A DNA stretch of 63,532 nucleotides, filler included, from 4 parts of 4 records of this genome joined end to end with filler, not necessarily neighbours in it, one strand, 5' to 3'; positions 1 through 10,637 are shown, counted from the whole stretch's first letter. Made by a program: numbers and translations. Notes: generated from the sequence alone by a model not told the origin.

Positions 1-1
1 G

Positions 2-649
2 GGAGAGCATCAGCAGCAGGATTTTAAGTTTAAAATCTCTGACTCAAAAAAAATTGCCAGGTCGCTTGCAGCATTTTCAAATACCGATGGCGGGAAGTTG
101 CTTGTGGGTGTAAAGGACAATGGCGTTATTGCCGGAGTAAGATCTGAGGAAGAATTCTACATGGTTGAAGCTGCTGCAGAGTTGTACTGCAAACCACCCA
201 TTACCCTGAAAACCAAAGAATGGAAAGTTGATGGCAAAACCATCCTCGAAGTTGACATCCCTCCCAACAAAACCGACGGCCCGTTTTTAGCTCCGGATAA
301 AGATGGAAAATGGATGGCCTATATCCGGGTAGATGATCAAAACCTGCTGGCCAACACCGTGTTGCTGAAGGTTTGGAAATTGCAAAAACGTAAAAAAGGA
401 ATCACCATCCGCTACACCGACAAAGAAAAAATCCTGCTCGATTATTTGGACAAAAACCAAACGGTAAGTGTTTCCAGGTTCAGGAAAATAGCAGGCATCA
501 AAAGGTTTGTGGCTGAAAAAGTGTTGGTTGATCTGATCATTCTGGGCATCATCGAAATGCAAATTACCGAAAAGTCGGTGCTATACATGGCCAATCCAAA
601 TTTTACAGCTTCAGAAGAATTTGAATACAAATCTTCACTTCAATTCTAA
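2..649 (+). CDS. AlbA_2/Schlafen-like putative DNA-binding domain protein with C-terminal winged helix; 5'-truncated at the contig start
   Basis: The frame is open from base 2: GEHQQQDFKFKISDSKKIARSLAAFSNTDGGKLLVGVKDNG, the AlbA_2 signature (EFK...AF.N..GG.L.IGV.D.G). The listed start at 98 is internal. Confidence 0.85.
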   Translation, partial: GEHQQQDFKFKISDSKKIARSLAAFSNTDGGKLLVGVKDNGVIAGVRSEEEFYMVEAAAELYCKPPITLKTKEWKVDGKTILEVDIPPNKTDGPFLAPDKDGKWMAYIRVDDQNLLANTVLLKVWKLQKRKKGITIRYTDKEKILLDYLDKNQTVSVSRFRKIAGIKRFVAEKVLVDLIILGIIEMQITEKSVLYMANPNFTASEEFEYKSSLQF

Positions 650-761
650 GTGTTTTCCACCGGTTTCAGCAAATTCTTATTATTGCCAATTATTAAGCGA
701 TGCGCAATTTCAGACTATTTTTAACTTTTATTTTTCAGAGTCTTATTTGCAATTTTCTCCG

Positions 762-797
762 CCACAAAAACACGAAAGCACAAAACTTTCACGAAGA
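762..797 (+). repeat. Short 8-bp-period CACRAA repeat (REP-like half element)
   Basis: CACAAAAA-CACGAAAG-CACAAAAC-ttt-CACGAAGA in the intergenic region between convergent genes. Confidence 0.45.
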
Positions 798-908
798 TGG
801 AATAGAACTATTCAGTTCTTCTTTTCCAAATTTGTATGAATTGAACAATCCGGAGTATGCTCCCCTTTAATTCTAAAAACCAGAGATTACAAATCCATTT
901 CAATCCTG

Positions 909-1358
909 TCAGGATTTCAGCATTCCCAGCACTTTTTTATCAATCGGAAATGTGAGGACATCAGGATTTAAATCCTTTAGCTTTACCCATCGGAAAGATT
1001 GCGCACCATCCTCCTCCTCGTAATCAAAAGGCTTTTCTGCTGTTTTTAGTTTTTCAGGCCTGACGAGTTTCATCAGGTAGTAAATGCTCATCAACTGCTG
1101 GGGCTCTTTCAGCAGATGAGTCGGCTGAAAATAATCGGTAGTATAAAAATGCCTGATGATTTCAATCTCCTGATCGAGTTCCTCGCGACATTCACGGCGA
1201 AGGCAATCAAGAGTTCCCTCGCCAAACTCCAGGCCGCCTCCCGGAAACTTTGTCATACGCATACCCATCCGGAATTCATCGGTGAGCATGATTTCCGATT
1301 GAACATTGATTGCCAGGCCATACACCCTGATATTAAAATTCTTGATGTCCTGATTCAT
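909..1358 (-). CDS. NUDIX hydrolase
   Basis: Nudix box PGGGLEFGEGTLDCLRRECREEL. Confidence 0.92.
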   Translation of the reverse strand: MNQDIKNFNIRVYGLAINVQSEIMLTDEFRMGMRMTKFPGGGLEFGEGTLDCLRRECREELDQEIEIIRHFYTTDYFQPTHLLKEPQQLMSIYYLMKLVRPEKLKTAEKPFDYEEEDGAQSFRWVKLKDLNPDVLTFPIDKKVLGMLKS

Positions 1359-1435
1359 AAAAATGCATATTTCTTTTTGGAATAACTAATTAATTGGTAC
1401 TTTAGTTTCGTTGATTTCTCTGAACAAAAAAATCT

Positions 1436-2917
1436 ATGAAATATCCAACCTTATCCATTACACTTATAATATTTATAATTATAACATCGTGCCATGGAGA
1501 AGGCCCTTCAAAAGGCCAAACAAATATTATGACAAACCAGGCAATGCCTGAAAAAGACACTTCAGCTCAAATTAAAAAAACTGATACAGTACCACCTATA
1601 CATCGTTTGTTTGAAGCCATTAAAAACAATGATACATCGAAAATTAAAAAACTTATTATATCAGGATGTGATGTGAATGGTAAAATAAATGAAGGACAAG
1701 CAGACGAAGATGTACCGTTGCGAAAAGCTGTGTATTATTGCGACACTTCAATCATAAAATTTTTACTCGAACAGGGGGCTGATCCAAATATTGAGCGATA
1801 TCGGGGTACAACTCCTACACATTATGCCGCAGGATACGATAATGCAAAATATAAATTGTTAATCCGATATGGAGGCAATGTAAATACTTATTGTGGCTCT
1901 TGCAGCATGTCAGTCACTCCATTTTCCTGGGCATTGTATAATAAGAAAAATCTAAACATAAAAATAATGTTGAATGCGTCGTATAATATCGAACCCGATT
2001 CAACAAACGGTTTTCGATCTGCCCTGTCTGAAGCCATTTCCTTTGAAAATTTTGAAGCAATTGATCTTTTGATTAGCTGCGGGGCAAATTTGAATGTTGT
2101 TTTTTCTGAAGGCGGAGAGGGAGGTTTTTGTATTTCCCCTTCAAAAATTACTCCTTTACATAAATTATCCAGCCGACACTCCCATACCAGTAACCAGGAG
2201 AAAATTGAACAGCTGATTTTGCGATTAATAAAACTCGGTGCAAATATTAATGCTAAGAATTATGACGGTCAAACTCCTTTAGACTTTGCAGCCTGCAATA
2301 ATGACACTGCATTAATTAAAATTCTGCTTAAAAATGGAGCGACGCCTGGGGATGCCACTTACTATGCCTCATTAAAATCTTCATTTAACTCGGTTAAACT
2401 GCTACTTGAAAAAGGTGCAAATCCAAATATAATAGTTGATGGAGCAACCCCACTAATTGCTTGCATAACTTGTTGTGGGGATGGTTTTGGTGAAGGGATT
2501 CAATACGATATGCGGCTTAAAACCATAGAGTACCTGATTAGTTTCGGAGCTGATGCAAACATTAAGGATAAATACAACAAGTCCTTTATGGATTATGTCA
2601 AATCCGGAACTTATAATATTTACGAATATTTTGTAGAAAATGGAACATTGGCCTGGGAGGACATCAATATCAACTTCTATGGTGATTACGATCACACAAA
2701 AATTATTGAATCAGACAGCACCATTGTTTGGATGCAGCCCAATACCAATTCGCCAATTATCGATTATCTCATGAAATCTGATACTGTAAAAAAAAGACGC
2801 AGTGGGAAGATGATAACCGATGAAAAAACGAAACATCAAAATTCGTGGATACAAATAAAATTTCAGGATATAACAGGATTTCTTTTGAGTAGTAAACCAC
2901 AAAATATTATTGATTAG
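1436..2917 (+). CDS. Ankyrin-repeat lipoprotein with C-terminal SH3b-like domain
   Basis: Lipobox IITSC; multiple ankyrin motifs (GTTPTHYAA, GQTPLDFAA, GATPLIAC, LLEKGANPN); C-terminal P.T.S.II...W.QI....GF pattern typical of SH3b. Confidence 0.8.
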   Translation: MKYPTLSITLIIFIIITSCHGEGPSKGQTNIMTNQAMPEKDTSAQIKKTDTVPPIHRLFEAIKNNDTSKIKKLIISGCDVNGKINEGQADEDVPLRKAVYYCDTSIIKFLLEQGADPNIERYRGTTPTHYAAGYDNAKYKLLIRYGGNVNTYCGSCSMSVTPFSWALYNKKNLNIKIMLNASYNIEPDSTNGFRSALSEAISFENFEAIDLLISCGANLNVVFSEGGEGGFCISPSKITPLHKLSSRHSHTSNQEKIEQLILRLIKLGANINAKNYDGQTPLDFAACNNDTALIKILLKNGATPGDATYYASLKSSFNSVKLLLEKGANPNIIVDGATPLIACITCCGDGFGEGIQYDMRLKTIEYLISFGADANIKDKYNKSFMDYVKSGTYNIYEYFVENGTLAWEDININFYGDYDHTKIIESDSTIVWMQPNTNSPIIDYLMKSDTVKKRRSGKMITDEKTKHQNSWIQIKFQDITGFLLSSKPQNIID

Positions 2918-3003
2918 AATACCGACAATGACAAAAAAAAAATCAGCATAGCCATTATTAAATTCATCGTCCAAACCAAATAACCATTACAATATTCGAG
3001 ATT

Positions 3004-6000
3004 ATGAAAAACATCACCCGCAATTCCCTAATCATCCTTTTAGCAATCCTTGCATTTTCATGCAATGATCAAAAATCAAAACAATCCGAGTCTGACCCAC
3101 AGGAATTTCAGGAACGCGTTAGTCAGCATACTTCAGGCGTTGTGTCGTCACGAAGTACAATATCTGTTACGCTTGCCCGTGAAGCTTCCGCTTTTCAACC
3201 GGGCGAGGAATTACCTTCCGCCATTTTTAAGCTGGACCCCAAAACAGATGGCAAGGCATACCTTATCGACCCGTTCCATGTGGAGTTCCGGCCTGACACG
3301 CCGCTTAAAAATGGGCAGCAATATCTGGTGAATTTCAATGTGGATGAGTTGCTCGACAGCAAAGGCAAAAAGGGTAAATACTCCTTTGTGGTGAATGTGA
3401 TAGAACAGGATTTTGTGGTCTATCCCGGTGAATTGAGTTCGGAAGGCACGCCCGATAATCCAGTCAAAAAATACCAGGGTGAAATGGTCACTGCCGATGA
3501 AATGTCGGAGGAGGATGCCTCAAAAATATTATCGGCATCCATTCCCGGCCAGGCACTTCCGGTAAAAGTAGCCGCCGCTGGGGCACAGGAGTTTAACTAC
3601 CTCATCGAAGGTATTCCCCGTAAGGAGTCATCCTATGAACTCACCCTTTACTGGATGGGCGATGCCGTGGGTTTGGATAAATCGGGAGACCTGAAAGTTG
3701 AAATTCCCGGCATGGATGAATTTAAAATTCTGCAGGTCAATGCCGATCAAAGTGCTGCCAACCAAAATATCAGTATCGGGTTTTCCGATCCTGTTGATCC
3801 GGAACAAAACCTGGATGGCCTTGTAAGGATCAAGGGGTTTGATAATTTCAAGCTTTCGCTGAAAGGCAATACCATCACGATATATCCACAGGAAAGGCTG
3901 CTTGGTGAAAAAACGGTGGTTGTCGATCAATCGCTGCGGAATATTCACGGCACAAAACTCAACCAGTCGTCGGAATACACCCTGGCCATGGAAGCCCTCA
4001 AACCGGAGGTCGTTATTTTGGGCAATGGTGTGATCATGCCTGACTCCGAAGGCCTCACACTGCCATTTAAAGCCGTCAGCCTCCGGGCTGTTGAGGTGCT
4101 GGTTTATAAAATTTACAGCGACAACCTGATGCAGTTTTTCCAGAATAACAGCTACCGCAGCGAAAATCAAATGCGATGGGTAGGGAGGCCGGTTTTCCGT
4201 AAAATGGTGCGGCTCGACGAAAATCCCACCACAAACCTGCAGCAATGGAATGCCTACTCAGTGGATTTGACCGGCATGTTCGATCAGGATAAAAATGCGA
4301 TGTACCGGGTGGCAATTTCTTTCAGGAAGGAATTTTCAGTTTATGACTGTGATCAATCCCCGGATGACCTTGCTGATTTTGAGGACGAACCGCTGATGAA
4401 CGAACAAAAGGAATCCTACTTTAACGGCGGCTCGGGCTACTATTACGAGTGGCCCGATGACTATTCGTGGCGTGAGCGCGACAACCCCTGCAGCAATTCC
4501 TATTACCTGCCCGAAAGATTCCCCGAACGCAACCTGCTGGCCTCAAATCTCGGGCTCATTGCAAAATCTGCGGATGGTAAAAATTTCACCGTTGCTGTTA
4601 CGGATTTATTGTCAACCCGGCCGGTCATATCGGCAGAGGTGGAATTTTACAACCTGCAGCAGCAAAAAATCGGCCGCGGGTATACCGGCGCTGATGGCAT
4701 GGCCACAGTTTCGATGGACGCCGTTCCATACATTTTACTGGCAAAGTATGAAGGACAACAAGCATGGCTGCGTGTGGATGATGGTTCATCACTCTCCATG
4801 AGCAATTTTGATGTGGCCGGACAAAAGATCAGCGATGGCATCAAGGGCTTGATATACGGTGAGCGCGGCGTATGGCGGCCGGGCGATACGCTGTTCCTAA
4901 CTTTTGTGATGGATGATGTGACCAACAAATTGCCCAAAGACCACCCGGTGGTTTTTGAACTGATCAATTCACGCGGGCAGTTGGCCAAACGCGAGGTAAA
5001 AACTTCAGGCATCAATGGTTTTTATGTTTTTAAGCCGGTTACTGATCCTGACGATCCCACCGGAAAATGGACAGCCCAGGTCAAGGTGGGTGGAGCCTCT
5101 TTCAGCAAATCGCTCAATATCGAAACCATCAAACCGAACCGGCTGAAGATCAAACTGGATTTCAACCGGGAAATATTAACGAAAAATGATGCCGGACAAA
5201 AAGCCAGCCTGGATGTAAAATGGCTCCATGGTGCAGATGCCGCAAACCTCAAAACCAAAGTGAATGTTACACTCTATGGATCGGATTATGGTTTTGACGA
5301 GTTTGAAGCATACACTTTCCAGGATGCCTCCAAAAACTACTACCCCTCGGATAACACCGTTTTCGATGGCAGGTTGGATGCTTCCGGTAAAGCTTCCTTC
5401 CCTCTCGACATGTATGTGAATTACGGTGCCCCTGGCATGTTGCGGGCGGTTTTCAATACACGCGTTTTTGAAGAAGGCGGCGACTTTTCAACCGATGTCT
5501 TTTCCAGGCCTTTTGCACCGTTCAATCGTTTTGTGGGAATCCACATTCCAGAAGGCGGCGATTACAAAAATATGCTTGCCACCGACACCTCACATACCGT
5601 GGAAGTTGTTACGGTTGATCAGCATGGTAATCCGGTAACGGTCAACAACCTGGATGTTCGGATTTATAAAGTGAACTGGCGCTGGTGGTGGAGTTCGGGG
5701 TCCGATAACCTGGCTTCATGGATACGGGGGCAAAATTCGGATGTGGTGATGACCAAAACCATCTCCACAAAAAATGGCCGTGGCACATTCGATTTCAAAA
5801 TTGAATATCCGGCCTGGGGTCGCTATTTTATCCAGATCACCGACCATGATGGCGGGCACAGCGCAGGAATTCCGGTGTATATCGACTGGCCCTCTTACAT
5901 CAGCAGGAAAGACAGGACCAACCCGGCGGGGGCTACAATCTTAAGCGTAAACTCCGATAAAGAAAAATACCATCCCGGCGAAAAAGCTACCCTCACTTTC

Positions 6001-8541
6001 CCGGCTGCTAATAATTCAAGGGCACTCATCAGTCTGGAATCGGGCAGCGAAGTATTGAAATACTGGTGGGTAAACGCCGAAGATATCCAAAATGGATTTT
6101 CATTTGAGGTTACCGGCGAGATGGCGCCCAACGTGTTTGCTTACGTAACGGTGGTGCAACCACATGCCCAAACCATCAACGATCTGCCCATCAGAATGTA
6201 TGGCGTGGTTCCGGTTTCGGTGGAGGATCCCGAAACCATCCTGAAGCCTGAGATCAAAGCGCCCATGGAAGTCAGGCCTGAGTCGGAGTGGGAATTCAGC
6301 ATCAGTGAGGCGGAAGGCAATCCCATGACCTATACCGTAGCTGTGGTGGATGAAGGGTTGCTGGACCTTACCCGATTTAAAACGCCGGATCTGTGGCAAA
6401 ACTTCTATGCCCGCGAAGCTCTGGGTGTAAAAACCTGGGACCTTTTTGATGAGGTGCTGGGCGCTTATGGCGGAAAATTACAAAAAGTGCTGGCCATTGG
6501 TGGCGATGATGCCATTAAGGCCGATGAAAATAAAAAGCCCAACCGGTTTAAGCCGGTGGTGGATTTTCTGGGGCCATTCACTTTGCGAAAAAACCAAACC
6601 GACCGGCACACCCTGAAGATGTCGAATTATGTGGGCTCTGTGAAAATCATGGTGGTGGCCGGCCAGGATGGGGCGTACGGATCGGCAGATACAACCATTC
6701 CGGTAAGGCAGCCGCTCATGGTGCTGCCCACAGCACCACGTGTGATCGGGCCGGGAGAAGAATTCAGCCTGCCGGTTTCGGTGTTCGTGATGAAAGAAGG
6801 TATAAAAAATGTGAAGCTACAGGTGGAAGCAGATGGGCCATTGCAGGTTTCCGGATCGGAATCTTCGGACATCAGCTTTGAAAAAATTGGTGAGCAGATG
6901 GCCTATTTTAAGCTCACCGCCGACTCCATTGAGGGAATCGCTAAAATTACCGTCACTGCTACTTCTGGCAGGGAATCTGCCTCAGCAACCATCAACATGG
7001 AAGTAAAAAATCCCAATGAATTTATATCGCGTGTCGAAACCATTGTGCTGAAAGAAGGCGAATCAAAAACAATCGATTACGACTTTTTTGGAACAGAAGG
7101 AACAAACAGCGGAACCATTGAAATTTCTGCACTCCCATCGTTCAATCTCGAAAAAAACCTGCAGCATCTGATCCGCTATCCATACGGCTGTGTTGAACAA
7201 ATAACATCATCCGCTTTCCCTCAGCTTTTTCTGGATGATCTTACTGATCTGACCCCCAAACAAAAAACCCATATCCACAACAACATCACCAAAGCCATTC
7301 GTAAATTGCGTCAGTTCCAGATTTCGAGCGGCGCCATGAGTTATTGGCCGGGCAGGCGCTATGCCTCCAATTGGGGAAGTTCATATGCCTGGCATTTTCT
7401 GTTGCTGGCCGAGCAAAAAGGGTATTTAGTGCCTTCAGGTTTTAAGAAGCGCTGGCAGGACTGGCAATATGCCATGGCTTCAGATTTCGATTACAAATCC
7501 GGCTACAGCTATTATTGGCACAATGAGCTCTCACAGGCCTACAGGCTTTATATACTGGCGCTTTCCGGGAAACCAAACCTGAGTGCCATGAACCGCATGA
7601 AAGAACAGGAGGGCTTACGGCCGATTGCCATGTGGCGACTTGCTGCCGCATACCTGCTGGCCGGCATGCCCGAAGCGGCTGAAGACATCACCCAAAACCT
7701 CACCTACACCGAAACCGAAGATTACAAATATCCGGGCATGACATTTGGCTCCTCCATCCGCGATATGGCCATGATACTGGAAACACTGGTATTGATGGAA
7801 AAGGAAGAACAGGCCTTTGAACTGGCAACTACCCTGGCCGAAAGACTGCGCACCGATTTTCTGAGTACGCAAACAGCAGCTTTCGGTTTGTATGCGATGG
7901 CACGGTTTGCAGAATCTGCCGGAACAAACAACGACAACCATTTCGCATTTGAGGTAGCCGGGAAACGGAAAAAAGTCAATTCGAAAATGCCGGTTTACAG
8001 CATTGATGTTATGAATGAGAAATCCAAATCCATCACCCTGGAAAACCTGGCCGGGAACAACCTCTACATCACCAAAACCATTTCGGGGAAACCAATGCAG
8101 GGCAATCTGCAAAACGAATCGAAAAATATGGAAATGACTGTAAAATATGTGAGCATCGATGGAAAGCCGCTTGATATTTCACAGCTAAAACAGGGAACCG
8201 ATTTTGAAGCTGTTGTTACGGTTAAAAACCCGGGACTGATGGGGAATTATGAAAACCTGGCGGTTGCCCAGGTATTTCCATCCGGTTGGGAAATCCTGAA
8301 TGTGCGATACACCGAAGCCGGAGAAAAATCCCAAAACGACAGTTACGATTACCAGAACATCAGAGATGACCGGGTTTACACATTTTTTGGGCTGAGAACC
8401 AACAAATCTGCCACCTTTAAAATTTCGCTGAATGCGGCTTTTGCCGGAAAATACTTCATGCCCGGAACGGTATGCCACGACATGTACGACAACCGGATTT
8501 ATGCCCGAAAGAAGGGGCAGGTAGTTGAGGTGGCGAAGTAG
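3004..8541 (+). CDS. Bacterial alpha-2-macroglobulin (lipoprotein, thioester-containing)
   Basis: 1845 aa; lipobox AFSC; ERGVWRPGD (MG2), AVVDEGLL, YPYGCVEQ thioester motif, DDRV and C-terminal MYD. Confidence 0.95.
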   Translation: MKNITRNSLIILLAILAFSCNDQKSKQSESDPQEFQERVSQHTSGVVSSRSTISVTLAREASAFQPGEELPSAIFKLDPKTDGKAYLIDPFHVEFRPDTPLKNGQQYLVNFNVDELLDSKGKKGKYSFVVNVIEQDFVVYPGELSSEGTPDNPVKKYQGEMVTADEMSEEDASKILSASIPGQALPVKVAAAGAQEFNYLIEGIPRKESSYELTLYWMGDAVGLDKSGDLKVEIPGMDEFKILQVNADQSAANQNISIGFSDPVDPEQNLDGLVRIKGFDNFKLSLKGNTITIYPQERLLGEKTVVVDQSLRNIHGTKLNQSSEYTLAMEALKPEVVILGNGVIMPDSEGLTLPFKAVSLRAVEVLVYKIYSDNLMQFFQNNSYRSENQMRWVGRPVFRKMVRLDENPTTNLQQWNAYSVDLTGMFDQDKNAMYRVAISFRKEFSVYDCDQSPDDLADFEDEPLMNEQKESYFNGGSGYYYEWPDDYSWRERDNPCSNSYYLPERFPERNLLASNLGLIAKSADGKNFTVAVTDLLSTRPVISAEVEFYNLQQQKIGRGYTGADGMATVSMDAVPYILLAKYEGQQAWLRVDDGSSLSMSNFDVAGQKISDGIKGLIYGERGVWRPGDTLFLTFVMDDVTNKLPKDHPVVFELINSRGQLAKREVKTSGINGFYVFKPVTDPDDPTGKWTAQVKVGGASFSKSLNIETIKPNRLKIKLDFNREILTKNDAGQKASLDVKWLHGADAANLKTKVNVTLYGSDYGFDEFEAYTFQDASKNYYPSDNTVFDGRLDASGKASFPLDMYVNYGAPGMLRAVFNTRVFEEGGDFSTDVFSRPFAPFNRFVGIHIPEGGDYKNMLATDTSHTVEVVTVDQHGNPVTVNNLDVRIYKVNWRWWWSSGSDNLASWIRGQNSDVVMTKTISTKNGRGTFDFKIEYPAWGRYFIQITDHDGGHSAGIPVYIDWPSYISRKDRTNPAGATILSVNSDKEKYHPGEKATLTFPAANNSRALISLESGSEVLKYWWVNAEDIQNGFSFEVTGEMAPNVFAYVTVVQPHAQTINDLPIRMYGVVPVSVEDPETILKPEIKAPMEVRPESEWEFSISEAEGNPMTYTVAVVDEGLLDLTRFKTPDLWQNFYAREALGVKTWDLFDEVLGAYGGKLQKVLAIGGDDAIKADENKKPNRFKPVVDFLGPFTLRKNQTDRHTLKMSNYVGSVKIMVVAGQDGAYGSADTTIPVRQPLMVLPTAPRVIGPGEEFSLPVSVFVMKEGIKNVKLQVEADGPLQVSGSESSDISFEKIGEQMAYFKLTADSIEGIAKITVTATSGRESASATINMEVKNPNEFISRVETIVLKEGESKTIDYDFFGTEGTNSGTIEISALPSFNLEKNLQHLIRYPYGCVEQITSSAFPQLFLDDLTDLTPKQKTHIHNNITKAIRKLRQFQISSGAMSYWPGRRYASNWGSSYAWHFLLLAEQKGYLVPSGFKKRWQDWQYAMASDFDYKSGYSYYWHNELSQAYRLYILALSGKPNLSAMNRMKEQEGLRPIAMWRLAAAYLLAGMPEAAEDITQNLTYTETEDYKYPGMTFGSSIRDMAMILETLVLMEKEEQAFELATTLAERLRTDFLSTQTAAFGLYAMARFAESAGTNNDNHFAFEVAGKRKKVNSKMPVYSIDVMNEKSKSITLENLAGNNLYITKTISGKPMQGNLQNESKNMEMTVKYVSIDGKPLDISQLKQGTDFEAVVTVKNPGLMGNYENLAVAQVFPSGWEILNVRYTEAGEKSQNDSYDYQNIRDDRVYTFFGLRTNKSATFKISLNAAFAGKYFMPGTVCHDMYDNRIYARKKGQVVEVAK

Positions 8542-8665
8542 TTATCTGAAAAAATGGATTGTTTAATGATGGCAATAAGTACGGTAAGCTTACTGAAGCT
8601 ATCAAATCTAAATAAAGATCTCAAAAGCAATGAAAAGGATCAAAGGCACTCAAAACTAAAATGAT

Positions 8666-8730
8666 TACATTTGTAGAGATTAACATATTAACTATAAAAT
8701 ATATTATAGACTATAATGTCTAATATATTA
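8666..8730 (+). promoter_or_regulatory. Bacteroidota -7 promoter element and putative HipB-type operator palindromes
   Basis: TACATTTG (TAnnTTTG) at 8666-8673, then TAACATATTA 8681-8690, AAATATATTA 8697-8706 and perfect TAATATATTA 8721-8730. Confidence 0.55.
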
Positions 8731-9051
8731 GCTAATAAGGACTTTGTTCTTGATGATTTTAATCCGGTTGCAATTGCCCAAGGAATTGGAAACCGTATGC
8801 GTGAACGCAGGCTGGAATTAAACCTCACTCAAAAAGGCCTTGCCGAAAAGGCCGGTGTTAGCCTCGGTTCGTTAAAACGTTTTGAAAACACCGGTGAAAT
8901 CTCCCTAAAACACCTTTTGATGATCGCGGTTGTTCTTGAAGCCACAGAGGAATTTAAAGCTTTGTTCTCCAGGCCAAGGTACCAAAGCATCGAAGAAGTG
9001 ATGAAGTTGACAAAAACAAAAAAACGGAAAAGGGGGCGACTTCATGATTAA
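8716..9051 (+). CDS. XRE/HTH_3 antitoxin (HipB-like)
   Basis: RRLELNLTQKGLAEKAGVSLGSLKRFE..G HTH; overlaps the start of the hipA-like gene. Confidence 0.88.
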   Translation: MSNILANKDFVLDDFNPVAIAQGIGNRMRERRLELNLTQKGLAEKAGVSLGSLKRFENTGEISLKHLLMIAVVLEATEEFKALFSRPRYQSIEEVMKLTKTKKRKRGRLHD

Positions 9052-10120
9052 AACAGTTCAGGCTGTTGAAGTATTTTTTGAGGGAAAAGCTGTGGGTATG
9101 CTGGCTCTCTCGCCCGAAAGGCGATGTTTGTTTGAGTATGACACAGGATGGATCAGGGCAGGTTTTTCTATATCGCCCTTTTACCTGCCATTAAAAAGCG
9201 GGGTATTCACAGCCCGGGGCGAACCTTTCGAAGGGCTGTTTGGCGTTTTTAATGATAGCCTGCCCGATGGCTGGGGCAGGCTGCTCACCGACCGGTGGCT
9301 AATCGCCAATGGAAAAACCCCTGAAGATTTTGGCCCGATTGACAGACTCACCCTTATTGGTGACAGCGGGATGGGAGCACTTACATATCGCCCTGCTCAA
9401 ATTAAAAACATGAAAGAAACATCCCATCATCTTGATTTCTATGCTGCCGAGATTGAAAAAATACTCCATGCCGATTATACCGGTTCTCTGAATGAATTAG
9501 TAAACAAAGCAGCCTCATCAGGTGGAGCAATGCCCAAGGTTTTGATAAAAATTAAAGGAGAGGACTGGTTGGTAAAATTCAGATCATCGTTTGATCCGGA
9601 GGATGTAGGAAGGGTTGAATATGAGCATTCACTTCTGGCTAAAAAATGTGGTATTGAAATGCTTGAAACCCGCCTGTTTGAAAATAAATACTTTGGAGTC
9701 CTTCGCTTCGACCGGGACGGTAATAAGCGAACGCATGTCCACTCAGCAGCGGGCTTACTTTATGCCAGTTATCGTCTGCCTTCCCTCGATTATACCGCAC
9801 TCATGAAAGCAACAATGGCTCTGACAAGAAACATCACTGAAGTGGAAAAAATATTCAGGATGATGATTTTTAACGTGTTAATTGGCAATAAGGATGATCA
9901 TGCAAAAAACTTTGCATTTGTTTACAAGAATAACAGGTGGCAGGTTTCCCCGGCTTATGACCTTTTACCTTCAGCAGGTTTTAACAACAACCACACAACC
10001 ACTGTAAATGGTAAAGGAAAGCCTGATTTGGAGGACTGTGTCGAGGTGGCAAGAACCACAGCTTTCCCTGAAAAAAGAGCAAAAAAAATTATTGATGAAG
10101 TTACCAATGGGCTGAGATAA
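9044..10120 (+). CDS. hipA: HipA-family kinase toxin
   Basis: N-terminal couple_hipA domain (DSLPDGWG); P-loop SSGGAMPK; RFDR; catalytic GNKDDHAKNF; SPAYDL. Confidence 0.92.
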   Translation: MIKTVQAVEVFFEGKAVGMLALSPERRCLFEYDTGWIRAGFSISPFYLPLKSGVFTARGEPFEGLFGVFNDSLPDGWGRLLTDRWLIANGKTPEDFGPIDRLTLIGDSGMGALTYRPAQIKNMKETSHHLDFYAAEIEKILHADYTGSLNELVNKAASSGGAMPKVLIKIKGEDWLVKFRSSFDPEDVGRVEYEHSLLAKKCGIEMLETRLFENKYFGVLRFDRDGNKRTHVHSAAGLLYASYRLPSLDYTALMKATMALTRNITEVEKIFRMMIFNVLIGNKDDHAKNFAFVYKNNRWQVSPAYDLLPSAGFNNNHTTTVNGKGKPDLEDCVEVARTTAFPEKRAKKIIDEVTNGLR

Positions 10121-10376
10121 CAAGATATACGGATTAATGCCATATCGGTTCATTAATCAACCTATCACGATGAACAGAAAGCAAATGAAAATTGATTTTA
10201 ACTTCAACGGCCGTTGTCTGGAATTCAAGTAAGTAAAGAAAAAAACATGAATGACGTTTCCACTCCAAAACCGCATGGTTATCCGGCAACATTCAGCCAA
10301 AAAAACAATGCAAAATGAAGTGCCGGTTCCATGTTTTATAGAATCGGTCCGGGAATTTTAATTTCTCTGTTTTTGC

Positions 10377-10637
10377 TTAATGCAATTTAACCATTTTCAT
10401 GGTTCGCACGCCTTCGCCGGTGTTCAGCAGACAGAAATAAATCCCAGGATTAAGGATTGCAGCATTTAAGGTAATGAATTGCACTCCCTGCTGCTGGGTT
10501 TCGTTTACCAGCACAGATATCAGCCGGCCGCTCAGGTCGCGGATGGTAATATTAACAAGAGAATTTTGTGGCAGATCATAACGTATCAATAAAACATTTT
10601 CAATGGGATTTGGGTAAATGGTGAATGATTCCTCCTG
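10377..10637 (-). pseudogene. Orphan T9SS type A C-terminal sorting domain (partial duplicate of 13716-13976)
   Basis: IYPNP...DLSGR...PGIYF...KMVK motif with no signal peptide or cargo upstream; gap-free alignment to 13716-13976 with about 50 mismatches in 261 nt (hand count). Confidence 0.75.

Noticed and set aside
3050..8478. Numerous 60-205 aa ORFs inside the alpha-2-macroglobulin gene, and similar ORFs inside other genes
   Set aside because: Alternate-frame or antisense shadows of well-supported genes, with no recognisable domains.
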